Of a DNA stretch of 64,000 bases, positions 53,830 through 64,000 are shown one piece after another. Position numbers and translations under genes: made by a program. Below the pieces are notes generated by a model. The model saw nothing but the letters and a program-made list of their open reading frames with translations. It did not search any database and was not told where the DNA came from. Origin of the DNA: Octopus vulgaris (taxonomy: Eukaryota); NCBI GenBank assembly GCA_951406725.2, contig OX597836.1, positions 46,624,001 through 46,688,000 of the forward strand. Reading direction: 5' to 3'. How positions within the stretch are numbered: position 1 is the stretch's first letter; every line of letters starts with the position of its first letter.

Positions 53830-54232
53830 AGGCGCAGGAGTGGCTGTGTGGTATGTAGCTTGCTTACCAACCACATGGTTCCGGGTTCAGTCCCACTGCG
53901 TGGCACCTTGGGCAAGTATCTTCTACTATAGCCTCGGGCTGACCAAAGCCTTGTGAGTGGATTTGGTAGACGGAAACTGAAAGAAGCCCGTCGTATATAT
54001 GTATATATATGTGTGTGTGTGTGTTTGTGTGTCTGTGTTTGTCCCCCTAGCATTGCTTGACAACCGATGCTGGTGTGTTTACATCCCCCGTCACTTAGCA
54101 GTTCGGCAAAAGAGACCGATAGAATAAGTATTAGGCTTACAAAGAATAAGTTCCGGGGTCAATTTGCTCGACTAAAGGCGGTGCTCCAGCATGGCCACAG
54201 TCAAATGACTGAAACAAGTAAAAGAGAGTAAA
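53830..54232 (+). mobile_element. SINE family A nested in a (GAT)n-tailed retroposon (53510-54330)
   Basis: Full consensus; host element resumes at ~54240. Confidence 0.88.
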
Positions 54233-54821
54233 GTGTAATAGCCTGAGGTAGTCTTCTACCTGGCCAGCTCCTCTCAAACCATCCAACCCATGCCAGCATC
54301 AAAGACAGACATTAAACAATGATGATGATCACACACACAGTGGATGAGGGGACCAAGACTTCTCGTGGTTGGCTGTGCTTGAGAGGACATGTGAAGCTAA
54401 GCAAGAGCATGGATGTCTTTGCAAACAGGCATGTGTCCCCAGCATCCCTCTCAAGCTGAGCTTTCCAAATCTTGCAGGCTCATAGGTGCTGGTGCCATGT
54501 AACTAGCACCTGTACCAGTGCCACATAGATGCACCCGTGCTGGTGCTGCGTATGAGCACCCGGGACACTTTGCTGGGTGGATGGCATTAGGAAGAACATC
54601 CAACATTAGAAACTATGCCAAAAGAGACATCGAACCTGGGCACCTCTCCAGCTCTTGTAAAACCAGCCAACCCATTTGAGCAGAGAGAGAAGGTGCTAAA
54701 GCTAAATGATGATGATGAGGAGGATGAAGATGATGATGATATATAAATATATATATATACATATATATACACACACACACATATACAAACATATGTATAT
54801 AATATTTACATATCATATATC

Positions 54822-54877
<56 letters not shown>

Positions 54878-54910
54878 GTGTATATATATATATGTATACA
54901 TGTATGTATG

Positions 54911-54942
<32 letters not shown>

Positions 54943-55596
54943 CTCTTTCCTCTGCCACTGCTAATCTCTCTCATCTTATCCTCTCTCCACACTGATATTT
55001 CCCACCAATCACATCTCCACACTTGAACTCTTTATTCTTAAACAAGAATCTTGTTGACAGTGACTTCAAAGTTTCAACAAGATAAGCCACCATAGGGCAT
55101 GTGTGTGTGTGTGTGTGTGTGTGTGGCTTTATGTCTGTGTTTTTCCCCACCTCTACTGCTTGACAACCAGTGTTTGGCATTCTCGACGTATCATGACTTA
55201 GCAGTTCAGCAAAAGGGACAGATAGAATAAGTATCAGGCTTAGAAGAAAAAAAAAAAGAAGGTACTGGGGCGTATTTTTTCAACTGAAATTTTTCAAGGC
55301 AGTGCTCCAGCATGGCTGTAAAGAAGAGATCAATAATTACAAGTATCCAGGGCTATTTCATGTCAAAATATCATCAAAATAAAATATATCAACATTTTTC
55401 AGGTTTTATATTCTTTCAACTGGAAACACTAAAACATTAGAGTAATAAAATATAAGATAACAAACCTCTTCTCATTTTCAGCGGTGGGGGTCATATTCTG
55501 AAATATAGAAAATGATTGAAACATTATTTCAGGAATAAACACATTTTTTTGTTATTATTTCAATCTATTATTTATGTGTAATGATAATGATATATT

Positions 55597-55800
55597 ACGG
55601 AGATGTACTTGCATAGCAAGTGACCTGATCTGAGATCGTGTGCTGGAACGAAAACAATTGCAGTGTGGAAGGTGTTTATAAGCCATTTAAGAAACACACA
55701 AAAACCGTTAGATTCACTTCAACATTTAAATTTAATTTGTCAGAATATTTTCGTCGCTTTGAGACTGCGACCTGTTCACTGACAAAATTCTGTGCTGCAT
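55597..55800 (-). mobile_element. Interspersed-repeat-like fragment with hammerhead-like fold
   Basis: Minus strand GUCAG-UGAACAG-GUCGC..GCGAC-GAAAAUAUU-CUGAC. Confidence 0.35.
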
Positions 55801-55837
55801 ATAATACAGCTGTAGAAAATATAATTAAAATATTTAT

Positions 55838-56142
55838 GTATTCGAGCGAGGTCGTTGCCAGTGCCACTGGACTGGCTCCTGTGCAGGTGGCACGTAAAAA
55901 AACATCATTTGATCGTGGATGTTGCCAGTACCGCCTGACTGACCCTTGTGCTGGTGGCATGTAAAAACACCCACTACACTCTCGGAGTGGTTGGCATTAG
56001 GAAGGGCATCCAGCTGTAGAAACTCTGCCAGGTCAAGATTGGAGCCTGGTGCAGCCATCTGGCTCGCCAGTCCTCAGTCAAATCATCCAACCCATGCTAG
56101 CATGGAAAGCAGATGTTAAACGATGATGATGATGATGATGAT
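55838..56142 (+). mobile_element. (GAT)n-tailed retroposon
   Basis: Homologous to 5505-5832. Confidence 0.8.
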
Positions 56143-56241
56143 GTATGTATATATGTATGTATGTATGTACGTGTGTGCATGTGTGCATGTGTGTGTGTGT
56201 GTGTGTGTGTGTGTAATTACATGCTGGAACTAAACACTCCA

Positions 56242-56414
56242 GGTGCAGGAGTGGCTGTGTGGTAAGTAGCTTGCTAACCAACCACATGGTTCCGGGTTCA
56301 GTCCCACTGCGTGGCATCTTGGGCAAGTGTCTTCTGCTATAGCCCCGGGCCGACCAATGCCTTGTGAGTGGATTAGGTAGACGGAAACTGAAAGAAGCCT
56401 GTCGTATATATGTA

Positions 56415-56469
<55 letters not shown>

Positions 56470-56682
56470 TTGTGTGTCTGTGTTTGTCCCCCTAGCATTG
56501 CTTGACAACCGATGCTGGTGTGTTTACGTCCCCGTCACTTAGCGGTTCGGCAAAAAGAGACCGATAGAATAAGTACTGGACTTACAAAAAGAATAAGTCC
56601 CGGGGTCGATTTGCTCGACTAAAGGCGGTGCTCCAGCATGGCCACAGTCAATTGACTGAAGCAAGTAAAAGAGTAAAGAGTA
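56242..56682 (+). mobile_element. SINE family A
   Basis: Full consensus. Confidence 0.9.
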
Positions 56683-56749
56683 AATCGACCCCGGGACTTA
56701 TTCTTTTTGTAAGTCCAGTACTTATTCTATCGGTCTCTTTTATCAAACC

Positions 56750-57625
56750 TTTTTCATATGAAGGATATCACTCGTTCCATGCAAAGTTAATAAAGCTGGG
56801 CAAAGACCCAAAGAGCTGCTGCCCTCAAGGGAGAGAAAGTAGAATTAGCAGTTCCTCACTTTGTTTGCCATGAGTGTGGCCGGATATGCTTGTCAAATGT
56901 GGGACTCCAAAGCCACCTCAGGGGTCACCTAGACAACTTGCCAACAGATTCTGCTCAATTTAATATTAGAGGCCTTCTTACTTGTGATGTATGCAGAAAA
57001 GTCTGCAAGAGCTGTTCCAGACTCATGAGACATTTGAAAACCCATAATAATACTTACCCTGAGAGGCCGAACTGTCAGGCAGAAAACATGGATTTAGTTT
57101 GCATGCATTAACCCTTTCATTACTAATCGGGCTGAAACCACCTCTGGCTCTTTGGTACAAATGTCTTATTTTCATAAGTTTTGAATTAAAATCTTCCACT
57201 AAACCTTAGTCACAATTTATGTTCCTAACACCAGCTTAATGATAACTAAGTTATTTTACTAAATTCTTTGTTATATTTAAAGTAATTGAAAGAAACACAA
57301 AGCATCTCAAGAGAAATATGGTACCAAAAGGGTCAAGGCATTAACCCTTTTGATACAAACCCAGCAGAAACCACCTCTGGCTCTGTGGTACAAATGTCTT
57401 ATTTTCATAAGTTTTGAATTAAAATCTTCCACCAAACCTTAGTCACAATTTATGTTCCTAACACTAGCTTAATGATAACTAAGTTATTTTACTAAATTCT
57501 TTGTTATATTTAAAGTAATTGAAAGAAACACAGAACATCTCAAAATAAATACAGTAATGAAAGGGTTAAAACAAACTCTGTAAGCCTCTCATAAGTCACT
57601 GTTGATCTCATATTCGTAGGGACAA
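56750..57625 (+). pseudogene. Decayed C2H2 zinc-finger array, probably the C-terminus of an RTE LINE, split by a MITE
   Basis: FVCHECGRICLSNVGLQSHLRGH, LTCDVCRKVCKSCSRLMRHLKTH and LVCMH/[MITE]/NKLCK..SH. Confidence 0.65.
57112..57565. mobile_element. piggyBac-type MITE dimer (two 221-bp units)
   Basis: TTAA-ccctttcattact ... agtaatgaaaggg-TTAA; units 57112-57332 and 57345-57565. Confidence 0.85.
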
Positions 57626-57677
57626 TCAGTTAGAAGTCAATCTGTCAGCCATGCTCATCTAATGAGTTGACAGCCAG

Positions 57678-58155
57678 CATGTATGTATGTATGTATGTAT
57701 GTATGTATGTATGTATGTATGTATGTATATATGTATGTATGTATGTATGTGTGTATGTATGTGTGTATGTGTGTATGTATGTATGTATGTATGTATGTAT
57801 GTATGTATGTATGTATGTATGTATGTATGTATGTGTGTATGTATGTGTGTATGTGTGTATGTATGTATGTATGTATGTATGTATGTATGGATGTATTTAT
57901 GTATGGATGTGTGTGTATGTATGTATGTATGTATGTATGTATGTATGTGTGTGTGTATGTATGTATGTATGTATGTATGTATGTATGTGTGTATGTACAT
58001 ATGTATGTATGTATGTCTGTATGTATGTATGTGTGTATGTGTGTGTGTATGTGTGTGTGTGTATGTATGTATGTATGTATGTATGTGTGTGTGCATGTAT
58101 ATGTATGTATGTATGTACGTACGTACGTACATATGTATGTATGTATGTATGTATG

Positions 58156-58187
<32 letters not shown>

Positions 58188-58283
58188 TGTATGTATGTAT
58201 GTATGTATGTGTACGTATGTATGTATGTATGTATGTATGTACGTTTGTATGTAGGTATGCATGTATATATGTATGTATGTATG
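57678..58283. repeat. Long (ATGT)n microsatellite
   Basis: Direct inspection. Confidence 0.95.
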
Positions 58284-58734
58284 CAATTATTTCTAGATTT
58301 TATTTCTGAATTTTTGACAAAAGAAGCTGGTTCCTAACCAAAATCAAAGGCTTCTTCATTGAAATTTCAGGATAATTGTGTATAAGTGCAGGTATTTGGT
58401 GTTTTACTGATGTTTTAATTTATGTATGTATATCCATGTGCATAGTTTCATGTTTAGACACGTGCCTATGTTCTCATATGTTAAACTTTTGAAAGTCGTA
58501 CATTCTCTGACAGCTCAATTGACAGCTGATGTCTGTAGTCTTCCAATTAACCTTTTCCTTTCTGGTTTTGAGGATCAAGATTTTCTCAGAATTGGTACTG
58601 AGGTAGTTGGTTACATTTCAAAGTGATCCAGTAATTACAGGTATAAATCTAAACTTGTAATTCAGGTGGACTATCTATAAATTTATCAGCGGTTCTACAT
58701 AGGTGTTTTCGTTTTTGTTCATCTTTAGCTATAT

Positions 58735-59148
58735 ACTCTTTACTCTTTTACTTGTTTCAGTCATTTGACTGCGGCTATGCTGGAGCACCACCTTTAGTCG
58801 AGCAAATCAACCCCGGGACTTATTCTTTGTAAGCCCAGTACTTATTCTATCGGTCTCTTTTTTTGCCGAACCGCTAAGTGACGGGGACGTAAACACACCA
58901 GCATCAGTTGTCAAGCAATGCTAAGGGGACAAACACAGACACACAAACACACACACATATATATATATATATATACATATATATGACAGGCTTCTTTCAG
59001 TTTCCGTCTACCAAATCCACTCACAAGGCATTGGTCGGCCCGGGGTTATAGCAGAAGACACTTGCCCAAGATGCCACGCAGTGAGACTGAACCCGGAACC
59101 ATGTGGATGGTTAGCAAGCTACTTACCACACAGCCACTCCTGCGCCTA
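58735..59148 (-). mobile_element. SINE family A
   Basis: Full reverse-complement consensus. Confidence 0.9.
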
Positions 59149-59764
59149 TGTTTGTATATATGTCTGTAGAGATACACATACACACAAATATATATTTAAT
59201 TTGAAATAACCACAAATAAATTATAAGTTTTCAACAACAATGTGTTTCTAGATGCGAAACATTGATAAAAATATATAAGCATGTTACCACATCAATGAAA
59301 TAATAAAGACAGTCAGAGAAAATTTCACATAATGTGTATGTCTAGGTGTATATACTGTGTGCATTATACATTCAACTGTTAAAATGAGAGATACAAAAAA
59401 TAATGAAAAACATCAAACACAAATATACTCTGTCCAAAATATGACTTTTGGATTTCCAGCCAGTCATGATGAAATATTCATCATTAGGGGCAATGGTACT
59501 TCTATACACCAAATTCTTCCCCTCCATCATAGTCCCTCCCTCTGTTGCCATGGGCTTCACCTAATTTCCAAATTTGCTTTTGTACCTACCTTTGTTTCTA
59601 AAGTGTCAATATTTAAAGAATACTCCAAAACATTGGAAAACTGAACCACAGAAGGTTGGGCTTTTTTTTTTCTTAGGAATTATTCTGAAGACTTCTGATC
59701 CTCAATCAGATTCTTATCATCTCTGCAACTATTTGACAATTTAATTTATGAGAAACTTTATTTT

Positions 59765-59920
59765 TCTTTCATTTTATTTTATCTAGTTTCAGCTCACGAG
59801 CTGTGGCTATGCTGGGGCACCGCCATTCAAAGACAAAGTTGACCTCGGCGGAATTTGAACACTGAACGTAGCGACAGGCGAAATACCGCTAAGCATTTCG
59901 ACCGGCGTGTTAACAATTCT
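59765..59920 (-). mobile_element. CR1 3' tail fragment joined to a SINE family B fragment
   Basis: 59778-59826 matches 19793-19840; 59832-59920 matches SINE B. Confidence 0.7.
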
Positions 59921-60801
59921 AACTTGGTCAATATTCTGCTCACTTTGGTATCTCTTGCCCAGGTAACACTGCTGAAGGGATTTGGGGGTGTTGGGTTCAC
60001 ATAAACACTCCACTCTATCTCTTTTCTGTTTCATTTCTAGCATTTGTGCTTGCTCCTCTTTGATATACAACTTTCTATCCAACATGGATTAGTTCCAACA
60101 AACAGAGGCAGGCACAAGTGTGACCACGAGCACAGAAACATCCAAGAGTGGGCGCAAAACATTGAGCATGCCCACACAGATGAAGATGAGGACTGAGTGG
60201 GCATGACAACAATCACAAACACAAGCACAGCTGTCACCAGGACGATGGCAATGAGCGTGAGCATGGCTGAGGCCCTACAACAGTGGAGGAAGTATAGTTT
60301 GTTTGTTCCAGAGCTGGGAAAATTGACTCAAAGAATTTGGATCAATTTCCACAACCAAAACATCTTTGAGTCTCTTTTGGATCAATCTAATTAATGTTCA
60401 AGCTGTTACGTTCCGCAAGGGTCAAACTATTTTGACTTTCAGTTGATACTTCAGAGGCATATCAAGCCTGGATGAGCTCCACATTTTCCTCTCCCTCAGG
60501 ACTGGATTTGATGTATGTAGAGGAATGAATGAATCATTGTGGAAAGTCTCTTGATCCCAAAAGTCTTCTCAAATTATATCACGTAGAGAGAATGTGGTCT
60601 TCATTGCAGAAGGCAATGAGATTAATCTTATCATTATACAATCCTTTGCCATTGTAAATATCACCTCGATTCTGGAACCACAAAAGTAGTTTAAGGACAA
60701 CTGGAAGGGGCCAGATGGACTCACTCTGTGCCCTTGGACTAGAAACAGATTCTCCATATGGAACACAACCATTAGCGACCCTTTAGTTCAATCACACGTG
60801 C

Positions 60802-61105
60802 GGAGGCACATGGCCTAGTGGTTAGAGCAGCAGACTCGCGGTCGAGGGATTGTGGGTTCGAATCTCAGACTGGGTGATGTGTGTGTTTATGAGCGAAACA
60901 CCTAAGCTCCATGCAGCTCTGGCAGAAGGTAATGGCGAACTTCTGTTGACTCTTTTTCCACAACTTATTCTCACTCTTTCTTCCTGCATCTTGCAGTTCA
61001 CCTGTGACAGACTGGTGTCCTGTCCAGGTGGGGAACCTATACGCCAAGGAAACTGGGAAACCGTCCCTTATGAGCCAGGCATGGCTCGAGAAGGAACAAA
61101 AAGAA
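60802..61105 (+). mobile_element. SINE family C
   Basis: A box tggcctagtgg, B box ggttcgaatc and V-like domain. Confidence 0.8.
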
Positions 61106-61616
61106 ACAGTCACATGTCATATAATGTTCCAGCAGAGGCTGGAGTTACTGCATTCATAACTCAATGGAATAAGGTGCTGAAATACCATAATCTGTCATTA
61201 AATAAATCTTACAGATTATGGCTTTTGATATGTCAGTGTGTCATTCTCATGTGATAGTGTAACAAAACTAATTGCCTGATACTTCAGGGGTACAATTATC
61301 TACGAAAAAAATAATTGAAATAATTAGGTAGTGATTAAGAACACGCAGCAAGCTGGACATATCTACTCTGTCATGAACCATGGTTCTACTCTGTCATGAA
61401 CCAACAAGTGAAATTATGTTTCTTTAGGGAATCAAAATTACTTCCCTGTATGACGAAACTGACTAAGCTGTCACTACAAAGCTTTCCCTCGTTAAAATAA
61501 AATATGATTACATAATGATACTGAGCGATCCTTTGAGAAATGTTAACTACTATTTACATATAACTATAATTTATATATATTTATATTATTATATATATAA
61601 CTATAATTTATATATA

Positions 61617-62003
61617 ACTGGCCTCGTGCCGGTGGCACGTAAAAGCACCATCCATTCGTGGCCGTTGCCAGCCTCGCCTGGCCCCCATGCTGGTGGCATG
61701 TAAAAAGCACCATCCGTTCATGGTCGTTGCCAGCCTCGCCTGGCCCCCGTGCCAGTGACACATAAAAAGCACCATCCGATCGTGGCCGTTTGCCAGACTC
61801 ATCTGGCACCTGTGCCGGTGGCACGTAAAAAGCACCCACTACACTCATGGAGTGGTTGGCGTTAGGAAGGGCATCCAGCCGTAGAAACATTGCCAGATCA
61901 AACTGGGCCTGGTGCAGCCTTCTGGCTTCCCAGACCCCAGTTGAACCGTCCAACCCATGCTAGCATGGAAAGCGGACGCTAAACAATGATGATGATGATG
62001 ATG
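61617..62003 (+). mobile_element. (GAT)n-tailed retroposon with internal ~60-bp tandem units
   Basis: Three to four ggtggcacgtaaaagcaccatcc units, then the family tail. Confidence 0.8.
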
Positions 62004-62049
62004 AATGAGGACGTATTTCACAAAAGGAAAAGTATTATAACCATGCATA

Positions 62050-62221
62050 GGTGCAGGAGTGGCTGTGTGGTAAGTAGCTTGCTTACCAACCACATGGTTC
62101 CGGGTTCAGTCCCACTGCATGGCACCTTGGGCAAGTGTCTTCAACTATAGCCTCGGGCCGACCAATGCCTTGTGAGTGGATTTTGGTAGACGGAAACTGA
62201 AAGAAGTCCGTCGTATATATG

Positions 62222-62252
<31 letters not shown>

Positions 62253-62537
62253 CAACAATCAAGGAACGGCCATAATAGGCCATTCACCCACTAGAAATAA
62301 CAGCCAATAGCTTTAACCGCAAAATAACGTTAATTAACGTTATTTTGCGGTTAAAGCTATTGGCTGTTATTTCTAGTGGGTGAATGGCCTATTATGGCCG
62401 TTCCTTGATTGTTGATGTTGAACTTAAAAATAGTTTATGACTATTTAATTTTTTTCCCACTAGGCCGCTGGTGGCAAAAGAATTCTACAAAATTTTTTTT
62501 TTTTTTTTTTTGCCACCCTATATTGATTAATTATATT

Positions 62538-62573
<36 letters not shown>

Positions 62574-62792
62574 CGTGTATGTTTGTGTGTCTGTATTTGT
62601 CCCCCTAGCATTGCTTGACACCCGATGCTGGTGTGTTTATGTCCCCGTCACATAGCGGTTCGGCAAAAGAGACCGATAGAATAAGTACTGGGCTTACAAA
62701 GAATAAGTCCCGGGGTCGAGTTGCTCGACTAAAGGCGGTGCTCCAGCATGGCCGCAGTCAAATGACTGAAACAAGTAAAAGAGTAAAAGAGT
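62050..62792 (+). mobile_element. SINE family A whose internal (TA)n carries a structured-element insertion
   Basis: Head 62050-62215, tail 62562-62792. Confidence 0.88.
62251..62530. mobile_element. (TA)n-embedded structured element with perfect ~165-bp palindrome (62251-62416)
   Basis: Minus strand AGGGTGGCAAAA..TTTTGCCACC AGCGGC CTAGTGGG...CCCACTAG AAATAACAGCC. Confidence 0.8.
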
Positions 62793-62969
62793 AGCTGAGG
62801 TTGGGTATAGGGACAACACTTATTGTATCCAGAACCAAAATACTAATAGAATACTAATAAAATTCCCAGTAATGATAAGATATTAAATATGAGGAAATGG
62901 GCAATAAAAATCTATACATTAAACAATCTTATGTCTGTAGGTTAATTAAAAGCAAGAATAATAATAATA

Positions 62970-63625
62970 ATCATCATCATCATCATCATCGTTTAGCGTC
63001 CGTTTTCCATGCTAGCATGGGTTGGACAGTTCTACTGGGGTCTGTGAAGCCAGAAGGCTTCATCAGGCCCAGTCAAATCTGGCAGTGTTTCTACGGCTGG
63101 ATGCCCTTCCTAACGCCAACCACTCTGAGAGTGTAGTGGGTGCTTTTTACGTGCCACAGGTGCCAGACAGAGCTGGCAAACGGCCACGAACGGATGGTGC
63201 TTTTTATGTGCCACCGGCACGAGGGCCAGGCGAGGCTGGCAACGGACACGAAACGGGGCGGTGCTGGCAACGGTCGCGAAACGGAAGGTTCTCTTACATG
63301 CCACCGGCACTGGTAACACATCTGCAATTTCCATTGATCGATTTTGATTCTGATCCTCACTTGCCTCAACGGGTCTTCACAAGTAGAGTTTCGACATGCC
63401 ACCGGCACTGGTAACACATCTGCAATTTATATTGATCGATTTCGATTCTGATCCTCACTTGCCTCAACAGGTCTTCACAAGTAGAGTTTTGTGTCCCAAG
63501 AAGGGAAGGTATGCATACGTAGGCTGGCTCCATCCCATGTAGAAGGCCACGGGTTATGGACTCACTTGTCCTGCCGGGTCTTCTCGCGCACAGCACACTT
63601 CCAGAGGACTCGGTCCCTAGTCATA
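62970..63625 (-). mobile_element. (GAT)n-tailed retroposon with internal ~99-bp duplication
   Basis: Reverse-complement consensus; 63296-63391 is repeated at 63394-63490. Confidence 0.8.
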
Positions 63626-63630
63626 ATAAT

Positions 63631-63671
<41 letters not shown>

Positions 63672-63809
63672 GATTGGTAAAATAGAAAGTATTGAAGATA
63701 AGCATTAATATTGGTTTCCTATTTTAGTACAAGGCCAGCAATTTCAGAGGAGGAGGTAAGTCAATTACATTGATCCCAGTATTCAACTGGTACTTATTTT
63801 ATTGGCAGT

Positions 63810-64000
63810 GAGGGTGCGTGGCTTAGTGGTTAGGGGCATTCGGCTCATGATCGTAAGGTTGTGAGTTCGATTCCCGGTGACACGTTGTGTCCTTGAGCAA
63901 GACACTTTATTTCACTTTGTTCCAGTCCATTCAGCTGGCAAAAATGAGTTGTACCTGTATTTCAAAGGGCCAGCCTTGTCACACTCTGTGTCACGCTGAA
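63810..64000 (+). mobile_element. SINE family C-like (tRNA head), runs off the window
   Basis: tggcttagtgg ... gagttcgattcc ... gtccttgagcaagacac. Confidence 0.8.

Noticed and set aside
59930-60790. Unique coding-like stretch with short ORFs
   Set aside because: No recognisable domain and fragmented frames; probably old TE debris, not assignable.

Overview
AT-rich, gene-poor, repeat-saturated animal genomic DNA. It is most likely octopus, inferred from the SINE families and the microsatellite density. Nearly all ORFs in the supplied track are microsatellite or SINE artefacts. The window holds dozens of tRNA-derived SINEs from three families, often nested, plus a (GAT)n-tailed retroposon family. 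It also holds decayed LINE fragments (CR1, RTE, R4/Dong, L1/Tx1-like), Tc1/mariner copies, several MITEs, local duplications and one plausible host exon (minus strand, signal-peptide-like). The most striking unexplained signal is a family of short elements sitting in or next to (TA)n-type tracts. Their primary sequences differ widely, but about seven copies share the same multi-stem secondary structure with compensatory base changes, usually followed by a long fold-back palindrome. They are interspersed with many minimal hammerhead-ribozyme-like motifs. I infer a diverse, microsatellite-targeting Penelope-like or retrozyme-like retroelement system with a conserved terminal RNA (or ssDNA) structure. 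All calls were made by eye, no searches were run, and boundaries are approximate.
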